A DNA stretch of 64,000 nucleotides, from the NCBI GenBank assembly GCA_964016885.1, contig OZ024743.1:152892001-152956000 (forward strand). The letters run 5' to 3'. Below, one piece after another: positions 13,670 to 26,470 of the stretch (position 1 is the first letter of the stretch; every line of letters begins with the position of its first letter). The notes under the pieces are model-generated. The model was not told the DNA's origin and ran no database searches. It saw only the letters and a program-made list of their open reading frames with translations. A program made the translations under genes and the position numbers. Source of the stretch: Eledone cirrhosa. Its lineage: Eukaryota.

Positions 13670-14030
13670 TTGCCAATAAACATTAACCCTTTGTGCGCCA
13701 TTCATCTAACTGTAGACCAACAAATACCAAGTAAACGGAGCGTTGACAAGAACGATGGCGAATGAATCTTCGAGGTAAGCAGCTTCCTCCCGAGCTGTTA
13801 GTCCACGCGGGATTCTCTGCTACACCTTTTCGTAATAATACCAAACAACGTACTGCTGGTCACTCCTTCCTCCAAAAGCCGTATAAAACGGACATGTGCA
13901 TCGGGCAGCTGGATCGGGTGCAAATCTATACCAGGCATACGCGAGAAATTCGCAAGGGACTGTACCGAGAGGGATAGAGAGAAAGAGTAACTTAGTGACT
14001 AGAATGCGAATGAACTTTTGAGGTAAGTAG
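13670..14030 (+). promoter_or_regulatory. Possible promoter and first exon(s) of a host gene
   Basis: CpG-retaining patch; CCAAT at ~13673; atggcgaatgaatcttcgag|gtaagc (ATG 13755, donor 13775); a related gcgaatgaacttttgag|gtaagt (donor 14023). Confidence 0.3.
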
Positions 14031-14473
14031 CCTACGCCTTACTGCTATTGCATTGGAACCTTCTGCCAACTTAACCTGTGACTTTCTCTTTCACATTTAC
14101 TCTAAAAGGCCCAAACAGAGGAGTATGAAAAGAAGGGCCTCAACAATATTTCTATGAACAATGCACGTAGACAGCTAAACTGTACTTTCAACTTCTTAAT
14201 TTTCTCCAAATAAAACAAAGTTTCCTGTCGGTATATCTTCGTGAGTTTTTAACAGGCACTCACAAATAAACGTTTCTCATTGGAGGTGCTATTACCAATG
14301 TTCTTACCCATCCAATGCTGGGATACACTGCAAGTTATCATTATTTGTACAAATATATAATGTATATAATGCTGAAACCAGCATTGTAAATAAATTAATG
14401 TTTTGATATTTCACTGAAAAAATCTCTTCAACATTTTCTACTGAAAAAATCTTTTTCCTTTCTACTATTTATT

Positions 14474-14504
<31 letters not shown>

Positions 14505-14554
14505 TATGTGGTGCTATATTATATATATATATATATGTATATATGTATATATAT

Positions 14555-16110
14555 GCAGATAATCTAACCCTCATAGATCAATCTGTGGCAGAATTAGGGA
14601 AGAAATTCCAAACCTGAAAGCATGGCATAGAATCAAAAGGTCTTAAAGTTAACTTGTCAATGGCTAAGTTCCTAGTATGTAGAAAGTAAAATAGGGCCCA
14701 GATTCCCCCAGGGAAATGGCCATGCTCAGTGTGCAGGAAAGGTATAGGCAGAAATTCCATTCTATGTTCCAAATGCAACTATGGGTTCATAAAAAAATGT
14801 AGTTTGATCACAGGCAGGCTATCAAATACAGTGGCTTTTATATGCGGCCAATGTGCAGTAACTAAAAGTGCCCACAGGATACTATTTTCTTAAAATGCCC
14901 AGGCAGTTCTGTAGAAATAGTTGACAGTTTCTGTTACCTGGGTTACCAAATCAGCAGTGGAGGAGGGTTTTCTGAAAGTACAGTAACCATAGTAAGAACA
15001 CAATGGAGAAAGTTCAGGGAGCAACTACCACTGTTAGCTACAAAAGGTTTTTACTTTAAAATGAAGGGCAGATTGTATGATGCATGTATATGCACAGCAA
15101 TGCTACATGGTAGCGAGACCTGCGCACTATGTGCAGAGGGCCTGCAAAGATTAGAAAGAAATGAAGTCTGCATGGTCTAATCTACACAATGGCAAAGCAT
15201 AAATGAGAGAGAAATTGGGCATAAGATGGATCTGATGTAGTATGCCAGAGAGGAGATTGTGTTGGTATGGTCATGTGATGCATATGAAGGATGACAGATG
15301 TATAAAAAGATGCAGAGTTTCAAAGTTGATGGAAGCTATGAAGTAGGAAGACCCCAAAAAGACCTGGGATGAGTTGATAAAAGCTGACCTTGCACAATTG
15401 CACTTCTCAAAGGCAATGACACAGGATCAAGATCTTTGGCATTATGCAGTAATACAGAAGACTCACCTTCTCATGTGCACAGACTGAAACGTACATCTAG
15501 TAAGCACCTCTTAACCACTACTATACCCACTTCCATACATCACCCTTGCCCAAACACTCACCCACATCTGATCACACCACCCTAACACTGTGAGAGTGTC
15601 ATGTTGGTATCACAACAAAAATCATCTAGCCCACACTGTTAAGTGGTCATGTAGATGTCATGACAAAAAGCACCCAGCCCATACTGTAAAATGGTCATGT
15701 CAGTGTCACAACAAAAGCACCCACCCCACACTGTAAAGTGGTCGAGTATGTCTCATGACAAAAAGCATCCAGCCCACACTGTAAAGTGTTCATGTAGGTG
15801 TCATGACAAAAAGTACCAAACCCACACTGTAAAGTGGTCTTGCAGGTGTCATGACAAAAAGCACCCACCCCAAACTGTAAAGTTTTCGTGTAGGTGTCAT
15901 GACAAAAAGTACCCAGCCCACACTGAAAAGTGGTCATGTAGCTAACATTAAGAAGGGCATCCAGCCATAGAAATCAAGCCAGAAACAATTCTGTATGGGC
16001 AAGACTCAGTCATCTGACCCAACTTGCTTAAAATGGGACAAATCGTCATACACATGGTAGATTGGAAAATGGACGTTAAACGATGATGATGGTGAAGATG
16101 ATGATGATAT
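14555..16110 (+). mobile_element. RTE LINE 3' fragment (RT end, PHD finger, 3' UTR, (GAT)n tail)
   Basis: Colinear with 7940-9198. Confidence 0.9.
15605..15945 (+). repeat. ~48-bp minisatellite, ~7 copies, inside the RTE 3' UTR
   Basis: Unit gtcatgacaaaaagcacccagcccacactgtaaagtggtcatgtaggt. Confidence 0.9.
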
Positions 16111-19100
16111 ATATTATCATCATCATTTTCACCATTTTAATTTCATCTTCATGTTTGCATGGGTTGAACATGTCGTCTCCTGTATTATATATGTGTGTCT
16201 GTTTGTATTTATATATACACATTTCCACAGTAAAACCATTGTACAATGAAGTATTTACCTCAATTTGATATCTCTAATTAGAGTTTGTTAACAAACTTAT
16301 ACAGACATGTAATTCTTTTCATTAATGGGTTCATATTCAGTAATCATTAATATGTCACCATTTAGGAAGAATTTCATATCTGTATAAGTTTGTTGACAAA
16401 CTCAAATTTAAGACATCGTAGAAGTACAAATTAACATTACAACTGAAGTAAAAGCTACTAGAACTTTTGTATGGACATCTTTCAAGGACATTCTCAGACT
16501 GTGATAACTTTATAATTTCGGCGGAACTAAGTGAATACACATTAATTTTCAAATAATTAAAAATAGTATTAATAGTTTCTTCAACAATGTAAATCATTAA
16601 ATATGGTCTTAGTGAAAAATCATAATTCTAAAAATATGACCTAAAATATGGAAGTATTGATGTTATTATTATCTATCTACATCATTATGTTGCAGCTCAT
16701 TGAGTCTTTCAACAATTTTGTCAGTCGTCTTTGATCAATAATTTCATAGAGCTGAGTAGCTAGCTGGATTCTTGGAAATGAAAGCTAATTAAATCTAAGA
16801 TTATTAACTTCACCAGAAATAAAGTAGATAGAATATTTCATAGAATTTTGTCTATGTAAGAAGCATTTTAAGTCAATTGATATTTGTAAGAACTATTGCA
16901 AAGTCATGTGTTAAAATAGACTTGACTCAGATAAACAGCTGCACATGAAATCTTTTGGACAATTACTAATGTCATTAATCAAGACATTAACTCTTAATAT
17001 CTTGTAAGGATTTAACATAAATCATCTAAAAGCGAGTTTGGTAATTCTAATGTTTCTAGTATATTTACTAGTGAACAGATTGTTGTGAAACTGTGATGTA
17101 AACTAAATCAATGCCTTTAATTTTTAATGTGATACAGTCATAATGCAGTTTAGTACTTTTCAATCATGTGTTACAAATGTGGTTTCATTAAACAGAATTA
17201 AGTACATCATCACCTTTCCTTCCTAGTTTTAAATTTCTACTTAAAATATATAAACAACTCAAAATGGATCAATACTTCTCTTCATATTTTTCCATTTTGC
17301 CTCCTATTCCCACACTGATATAAAAATCTTGGCTTCTTCAATCCTACTGAAAGTGATTTACCTCAACAAAAAAGAAAAATATTAACTCATATAGGATAGA
17401 GATAAGTTTAATTCAAGAAAGAAAACCATTCAAATGCTGGTGCTGCAAACAACCACACTACTTGATGCATCTAAAAATGTTATTTAAAAAAAATTTTACA
17501 AGTAGGGGATAAAACATACACCAGTGAAAAGCACTCTTTTGATAAAGCCAAAGAAGCTTCAACCTCATTAGTTAGCTTGCTAGATATAGCAGACAAATCT
17601 CCTTCATATACTAGCCTACCATATTAAAAGGCAAGGACACATTGCATAATGATTAAATTTATCGGAGCAACAACAAAAAAAGGATAATAAAAGGTAGAAT
17701 GACTTTGATCATGGACTTGATTGATGAAGACTGATCTTAGTATATACACAAACTACAACAAGTATCCTTTGATAAAGTGGCTTTAGGATAACCAATCAAA
17801 TTTAATACAGTCACATCCATATAGGAAACATCGTAGACTCTTGATATACTATTCCTACAGAATGGCATAGGATATCATATGTTATCAGAAGAAAAGAAAC
17901 ATTTCTCAGTAGATATTACTGTTTTCCCATTTGAAATCTGAATCTGAGAGTGAAGACCTAGTACAATGCCATATCAGTTGATGCATAATCTCATATACTT
18001 TAATCAATGATGAACCTCTAGATCAATCCCATTTGGATGCCCTAAATTATGGTTTGTTCTGTGTCGATTTACAATTTCAACAAGAAACAGCAGCAATAGA
18101 AATTTTCTGAAATCTTAATGTATTGGGTATTATTGTTTCCATATTAACATTCATTGACCTATCATCTTGTCTCAATTCTAACTATTTTCTTTTTATCACT
18201 GAGTCTTTCACTCACTTATTCACAGAGAGAAATCTATTACAGATTTACATTAGTCCTCTTTCCTTGTATGTCTGTGGTGTATTTTTCTAATATATATCTC
18301 TTCCGGTTGGACATCATCCTTAAAGAAATATCTGTTTAGGCTGTATGTTAGGTGTTAATAGCAACAATGTTAGTCTTGTTGCTATTGTTGTTTAGCCCAA
18401 ATGAGCCACGATAAAGAAATAATTGAGCCTTGTCCATCCCAACCTCATTGTCTAATACATCTTTCTACTTTTGAGATGACAGCGTATAATCTTATAGAAA
18501 CCTTGGTACTGTTTTTAGCAGGACCAGTGACCATGCAGTGGCTACCTTGTTGACTTGTTGATATTAATGTTTCTGTTGTTGATGTTGTTTAGCCCCTTGT
18601 CCTCTCAAAACCCTTCTAGCCGTAGCTTTATCATCTTTTTCAACATGACAAATAATGGTTTGAGGGAAATTTGATTGCAATTTCTAGTAAAGCAAGTGAC
18701 CAAGTAGAAGCTACCTCATTAGTCAGGTGCTTTGTTGCATTGAAAATTTGAGCTAAAATTCTCCTATGAGAAAAACACATGAAATAAAGAAGTGGGTATT
18801 GCCATAACAACAAGAACTTCAAACATCAAAATAGCAGAAAAAATTCCAGTTTCTTTAGCTAAAATTATCAAAACAAAGATAGTGTAAATATTAATTTAAA
18901 AGACCAACAGCAATGCATCTTCTGTACATGAATAATACATGAATCAAAACATTTCAAATCACATACCACATAAATGATAAATTACTGACAATACCTCAAT
19001 AAGACCCACAATATATTACTTCAAAACAGGGTTAGCTAAATAGATGCTGACTATTTACAAAGTACTAATAAATTTGACATTAGAAAATTACTTTCTTCAT

Positions 19101-20029
19101 ACCACATATTTCAAACCACATTCAAAACTAAATTGGGTACCTTAAAGGCAAGCTCACACTTAATATCATTCTTCAAACATTGAACCATTGATAGATTGTC
19201 ACTTCTAATATTGATATTGTAATATCTCATAACTAAGAATGTGTGAATGTTTATACACAAATTATATGCATGTACTGATTATCATCTTTTGATTGCCAAA
19301 TACAAACTATGCATATATAATTGTCTGCATATGTATATACATAATTTGGCATATAAACATGTTTTATTTATATTCTTTACTTTGTCTATAAGAATTTTCT
19401 TGTTAATGTTGTTACTTTATAACTAGGAAAACTATGGTGTGCCATCAGTTACTTACATGTCCATCAGATATGAAAATCATTCAGAGCACAGAGAATTAAA
19501 TTCTAAGGAAGAATTATGTCTATAGAATCAGTTGAAAGATGGTTGTGAATTTATTCTATAACCTGGCATTAGATAACTTGGTGAAAATATTTAACTTAAT
19601 GAATAAACACAGGCCAAAATTTGAAAGAGGGGAATCTTTCTTTGTCAATTTTGTTTATTATATATCTTCAGGGTATCACAATGTGAATATTAGCTACCTT
19701 TATACATTAGTGTATACCTCTGTATATATGAAAACACACAATCATAGACACACAAAAAGCCATTGAATGAGCTTCCATGCAGGCATTCAACTTGCTAGAA
19801 GTAGCTGTCAAATATCCATCAAATCACACTATACAATCTTGTAAAAAGAAAGGACACAATGTTGTCATAGATATACAAAACAATAGTTTCACCAGGAAGA
19901 GATTTGATTATACAGAGATATGCTCACACAAACACACACACACAAACACATGAAACACATACATGATAACCAATTTATATTGCAATTGATGGCAACAAAG
20001 GTCTTCTCTCTCAGCCTGATGCTTGCTTA

Positions 20030-21190
20030 CAAACTGCAGAAGACCTGCAAAAGCTCGAAAGAGATGAAGTGAGTATCCTTCAATGGATGTAAAATGTTAG
20101 TGTGCACAAAGAAGAAGAAGAAGAAGAAGAAGAAGAAGAAGAAGAAGAAGAAGAAGAAGACTGCATGGGTATGATCATGTGATGTGTATGGATGATGACA
20201 GCTGCATAAAGAAATGAAAAGTAATCTCAATGGATGGAATTTGTGGAAAAAAGGCCCAGGAAAACATGGGAGGAGGTAGTGAAGATCAACTTTGAGAAGC
20301 TGAGCCTCACAATTGGAGGTGACAAAGAACTACAAGAAATGGCATCATGTTGTACTGCAGTTGACCACCTAGCACCATAAAATGTGATCCATCCATGTGC
20401 TCCCCCCACACCTTGTGTTTCTTAGGAGAAATATTCACTAACACTGTATACGCCAACCCAAACAGGCCCCCTCCAGTATCACTCATTTGTAGCTATTTTC
20501 ACCATCAATGCCCCTTCCATTATTACTTTTTGGTAGCTGTTCTCAGCATCAGCACACTCTCACTAAAATCTTGACACACCAGACATATCTCCTTTGAAGC
20601 TGTTATCATCACAATAACCACAACCAACACATTATCTGAAACCACCTTTCCTCTCGTATGGTTGAGAGAGCTCTACAGTTGAGTCTTATCATACACCCAT
20701 AACATCATACTTATCTCCTTATATGGTAGAGAGAGCTCTACAGTTGAGTCAATGCATGACAACCGCTCTAGTACTGGTGCCATGAAAATCCACCCAGTAT
20801 TCCCTGTAAGGTAGTTGGTGATAGGACGGGCATTTCACTGTATAATCCATGCCAGAACTGTTTGAGAAGACCCTTCAGTTGTGTTAGCAGCAAGGGAACT
20901 TCTCAAGCGTAGGTGATCTACATTATAAATATACCTAGAACACTGCAAAATGGTTGGTAATAGGAAGGACATCCAGCCATAGAAAGCTTGCCAAACAAAG
21001 GGTCAAGAGGACTCTTTAGCTGTGTCAAGAATATGACGATCTCTCTAGTGCGGGTACCATGATAAAATGCCATTAGTAGAGAAAAACGTTAGCAATATGT
21101 AGGCCCTGATTAATCTAAGTGGTCAGTAACTCTGCTTTACTATTTCCTTGCTAGCAGGAAAGACAGACATTAAATCATGATGGTGAATAT
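20030..21190 (+). mobile_element. Old RTE 3' fragment with a (GAA)n expansion (20110-20160) and 3' UTR repeats
   Basis: LQKLERDE...WM, WEEVVK motifs; gtag/atggttggt...aggaaggacatccagcc modules at ~20810 and ~20950. Confidence 0.65.
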
Positions 21191-22244
21191 GATATATATC
21201 ACATCACCATCATTTTATATCCATTTTTCATGCTGGAATGGGTTGGACAGGTTGTCATAGTAAGACTATACCAGTCAAAGAACCATGTTCTAGGATGGTT
21301 CTTTGTTTAAAGTAGAGAAATATTCTCTCCAAGTGACTACACACACTTAAATAAATTAACAAACTGCATCATCATTATTACCATTGTTTTACATTTTTTC
21401 CTATGTTGTCATAGGTTTGATAGATTGTCATAGTCTGAGACTAGTAAGGAAAGATTTTGTATAGTTTCTATGGCTGAATGCTCTTCCTAATGCCAATGAC
21501 TTTGCAGAGTGTACAGGGTGCATTTTATCATGGCATCAACGCCACCACTTATAGAATGTATAAAGTGCTTTTTATCAATGCACTAACATCACTACATTAC
21601 AGAGTGTTGACCTGGTAGTAACACTGTATGTGTGTGTATTGGCAGGAAATATGATAGTCTGGTGCATCAAACACAAATGACTTGTGGTATGTATTCCACC
21701 TAGATTGAGTAAACAGTCCCTTGTCACGTTCACCATTGGAACTGCAGTGAATCAGTGATTGACCTGTTTGAAAGCTATAACCAATGCTTCTAACTTTCAT
21801 AAAATACATGATATTAAAAAAAAAATAAGAAAGGAAATAAAAATAAATTCAAAGAAATTATGACAACAAAAACGATTATAGGGTCTTACATGTGATTTCA
21901 TAATCAGTGATTAACTGACACAAACAACTCTGATTTTCAGAGAAGTGAAAGCAAAAAATTGATTTTGAAATAGCAAGAGCACCAGTTTCAACTTCAAGAG
22001 GAATTTTATTTTAATGTTTGTCATTAGATAAGTTGCTATGATATCGCTGTACAAAGAGGTTAATAAAAACACTTCTAAAAGAAACATTCAATTAAAGTAT
22101 TACTTAATTGTTAATAAAAAAAAAATTGAAAAGAATAGAAAAAGTATATAAGTCCATGTTCTATAATGCAGTACTCTTACTAGATATTTGAAATGTAGTG
22201 AAGTAAGTATTTATTCTGCCAATAATTCTGTTCCTGGTGGAAGA

Positions 22245-22405
22245 GTGTAAAACCAATGGGTTTTAAGCATGATTGGTTGAGATTCACTTGAAAGTTTTAG
22301 CCAAGTGTATGGCATCTTTGGTAAAGGTTTTGTACCATAATCTTGAGTTGATCTCTTGTGAAGAGAATTTTTTAGTCAGAAAATGTGCATAGGTCGGTTG
22401 TGTAT
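22245..22405 (+). mobile_element. Degenerate octopus-type tRNA SINE (same family as 28355)
   Basis: ggcatctttggtaaagg...accataatcttgag...ttgtgaagag...agaaaatgtgcatag before a (TA)n. Confidence 0.4.
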
Positions 22406-22416
22406 ATATATATATA

Positions 22417-22601
22417 ACAAAGGAATTGTGGTAAGGAACCAGATGGACCATAACGCACCAGATTACTCAATACTTAGGGTAGTAGAGTGGGTAATAGGAA
22501 AAAGTATGACCCCGACGGCAGAGCTCAAGCCGTTTCGACGGCTATTTCTGGACTATAGCCGTCGAAACGGCTTGAGCTCTGCCGTCGGGGTCATACTTTT
22601 T

Positions 22602-22606
<5 letters not shown>
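22417..22606. mobile_element. (TA)n-inserted hairpin element, copy 1 (perfect 52-bp stem, 9-nt loop)
   Basis: 22494-22545 is the exact reverse complement of 22555-22606; the ~75-bp leader is shared with copies at 32105 and 62975. Confidence 0.9.
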
Positions 22607-22639
<33 letters not shown>

Positions 22640-22696
22640 TACATACATATACACACAGACTCAACAACCCATATGCACACTCAAACACACACATTC

Positions 22697-22729
<33 letters not shown>

Positions 22730-23029
22730 AATGTGTGTGGGTGTGTGTGTATATCTCTATATACCCATATGTGGTTGATGACTGAGAAAAAAGAGTACTC
22801 AATATAGAATGAAGGAAATATAGAAAAATGGTCAGACAGTAGAACAACATGAGATGTTTAAACAAAGTAGAAGAAAGTTAACAAAAAGAAAATGAAACAT
22901 CGTGGACAAAATATATGCACAAAAACAGGAACATTGTGTACAATGAAAATATTTATACCCAAAGAAAAGAAAATGATACTATGCCCTACATACGTACATG
23001 CGTACATACATATACATATGTACATACAT

Positions 23030-26000
23030 AAATCAGTCAATGCGACCAGTCACACATATTGCATCAGATATGAATACTATCTCCGACAGTAATGTGACAA
23101 CTAGCAGTCGTGTTGAATAACTGGATATTCTTCCAACTATACCCACTGAAGACACCTTTTATTCGAATTTGTAGCGATATCCAACTAAATACTTAATTCA
23201 TTTTACAAGGATTTGCTAAAATCATCATGGAGAACATAACATCAACATCAACATTAATTTATCGAAGAAAAGCAATGAGAAAGGTAAACAAAATTTATTT
23301 AGTTCTAGCTACAGAAGAAACCAAAATTTTAAATTGCATTTCTCTTGGAGTTACGAACTTAATAATGATTTATTTAATTGTTTTAAAATGGCAAAACAAA
23401 TTTTCCATTGTCTATATGAAATACATCCTGAGTTAAATCACTTTACAGCCAAACAATTACGCCCACTAGCAACGTTTGTTGAACTTAAAAATAACATGAA
23501 TATTATTCATTGTAAGTACCCCAAATCAAACATGCTATCAAAAACACATGCTACAGTTCACCATGCTACTAGACTTTCTAGCAACCAGGCCAAAGAGTCC
23601 CTTGAAACAACTATGCTGGTAAGAAATTTGACACCACATGTATCAACTTATTCTACCCCCACTGTAATGGAAAATACTGTTAATGGTAATACATCTGCCA
23701 TTAGATGGAAAATCAAGAATATATACTTTTGAAAATCACTCCCAATGAAACCTTCCAGAGAGAAATAAATTCATATATAAACATTTCTCTTGCAGAATGT
23801 AATAAAACAGAGGTATAACAAAATGAAACCAAATAATTAAATCCTACGTGCTGTTGATGAAATTGGGGTAAATATTTACGACAAATTAAAACCCCTATAT
23901 TTTGACAAATCAACGTCTGTCTATATCTCCTGGCAACAACAGTGAAGCATTATCTTGGTGATAACAGAGATGATAAGAGGAACAAAACACACCACCAAAA
24001 CCACCATCATATATTATTAAAATAGAAAAAAAGTTTGCTTACCTACAGAAAACCATAGGATATGTGAGAATGCTCCTTACATGCAAACAAATATAAAAAA
24101 ACTACACTCCTCACCAACAAAGAGGGAAAAATAAAATAGAAACGCTGTTTGGTAACTATACAACCAGAACTCTTCTATATAAACTGATCACCCTCAAACA
24201 AGAACTGAGAACTGTCAGCGAGAAACTTCGATACCAGAAGAGGGTAGATGAAAGGAAAATACTTAATAAAAGATTCAGATGAAACCAAACACAAGTCTAT
24301 AGAGATATGAAGGGCAAAGTAATAAATGTCACTGAGACCCCATCCCAGAAAGACATAGATTCCTTCAGGAGAAAAATATGGGGTGAAAAGAAGAATTTCA
24401 AAAAAAACCTTGACCTAGTTGCAACGTTCTCAAAGGCTATAGGAATGGAGTTTTGCCAAGATAAATGTTCATATATGATTGTAAAATCTAGCAACATTTT
24501 TATCAATAGCCTAACTGTTTCACTGATATCTGATGAGGATTGCTACAGATACCTAGGGAAAGATCAGAATACATCCTATGATAGTATCTGTAATAAGAAA
24601 CACATAACTAGGGAACATTACACTCGATTAAGAAAAATATGGTCCTCTGAAATCTCTGTTAACAATAAAACTGTGGCTCACAATGTGTTTGCTGTGCCTA
24701 TCCTAACACTAAAGTTAGGAATACACAATTGAACGATAGACGAAATCTGAGCAATTGATGTTAAAACCTGAAAAATTCTCAACAGCACCAGACACTTCCA
24801 TATCAACAGTGACATAGACTGCCTCTACTTGAAACGTAAGCAGGGAGGCCTAACATCAGTCCAGACAGCATTTGAGTGTCGCATCATATCCCTCTGATAA
24901 CATCTACAAACCTCCAAGCATTTGAGCCCATCTATTGAGCAAGTCTGTCTGCATGAGACCGATAAGATCATGAGAGTTGAGAAGGAACTCCTTGAAAGAT
25001 ACTTCCTGCAAGATAATTAAAAACTCACGCCCAGGGAAATTGCCAACAATACCACATTGAATCAATGGATGAAAAACTGCATGCTTGTCAACAAAAAATC
25101 ATGCATGGATATGTTTCCAGGAAGCTCTAGAGTAAGAGTTTCATAGATAAGTAGTCTATGTTGGACCAACAACTGCTATAATAGCTTTCACTTTGAAGGA
25201 TATGCTTTTGCAATATAAGAACAGGAAATAAATACAAAATACCTGATTCACAAAAGAGATAAGGATGCAGACAAAACACCTCGATATGACAACAAATGCA
25301 GACTCTGCAGAATTAACACTGAAGATGTCACCATGTCATAAGCAGCTGTCCAAAGATGTCATCATGGTACTATCTACTTATGAGGCATGGTGTATTAGCC
25401 AAAATACTATACAATGCAATCCATAGAAAAAACAGTCTCAATAATAAACATATTAAAAGTTACAGCAATGTGGAAGACATACACATGCATAATATAAAAG
25501 AGTACTGGTGGAATGTTCCAGTCAAAACACCAATAAAATGCAAGCATAACAGACCAGATATAATGATATGGGACAGGGAAAAGAAGGCATGCACAGTAGT
25601 GGAAGTTAGCTGCCCAGCAGATGCCAATATAATATTAAAGATTAGCAAGCAGGAGAATATCTATGCAGAACTAATGAGGAATCTGCAGATAATCCACCTT
25701 GACCTATACATTCAGATTTATACCTGTGATTATTGGGGCACTGGCATATGTTAGTAACTGCTTCAGTACAAATCTTGAGAAGTTGGGCTTCACAGAACCA
25801 GATAGAACATGACTAGTTAGAAAATTACAAGTACAATCCATTAATAGAACAGTAAAAATATGTAGAACATTCCAAAAATTCTGCATGTAAAAACTACATG
25901 TACAGATACAAAACATATGCGATACAAAACACATGCACATGCACATCATCATCATCATTTCATTTTAAGTCCGCTTTTCCCTGCTTGCAAGGGTGGGACA

Positions 26001-26470
26001 GGAACTGTTTCTGGCTTTATTTCTACAGCTGGATGCCCTTCCTAACACCAACCTTATTTACAGTGAGTGCTGGGTGCTTTCTTTCCGTGGCACATACACG
26101 ACCACTTTGCAGTGGAATGATAGGGACCCCAGTCCCTATCATCTCATTTCTACAGCTGAGTAAACTGGAGCAATGTGAAATAAAGTGAAATAAAGTGTCT
26201 TGCTCAAGGAAACAACACATCACCCGGTCTGAGAATTGAACTCACAACCTATCCATTGCAAGGCCAATGCTCTAACCACTAAGCCATGTGCCTCCATGTG
26301 CACATATATAATTCAAAACATCCACATCCATGCATACAATAACATTCATACCTGCATGCACATGCATGCATGCAGACATGCATACATATCTACCAATTGA
26401 TGTTGTGTAAATTCAAATGAAACAGTCTTGTTAGAAACCAACTCTCTCTGTATTGATAAAAATTTATAAA
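23030..26470 (+). mobile_element. R4/Dong-like non-LTR retrotransposon with restriction-like endonuclease, decayed, RT core deleted
   Basis: FSKAIGMEFCQDKC, YRYLG, GGLTS; CRLC zinc finger at ~25297; RHGVLAKILY; NRPDIMIWD...VVEVSCP (PD-(D/E)xK) in ORF 25356-25754; ends KICRTFQKFCM* at ~25890. Clade assignment is tentative. Confidence 0.8.
25945..26295 (-). mobile_element. tRNA-derived CORE-like SINE with RTE-derived tail, inserted in the 3' UTR of the RLE element
   Basis: Box A tggcttagtgg, box B gttcaattc, ccttgagcaagacacttt central domain, (GAT)n tail; near-identical to 32308-32641. Confidence 0.88.

Noticed and set aside
15691-15945. Repetitive Cys/His peptide resembling zinc fingers
   Set aside because: In-frame translation of the 48-bp UTR minisatellite.
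22494-22606. Hammerhead, rho-independent terminator or miRNA call for the hairpin element
   Set aside because: It has GAAAC but no CTGANGA core, and a repeated perfect stem alone does not support a miRNA or terminator.
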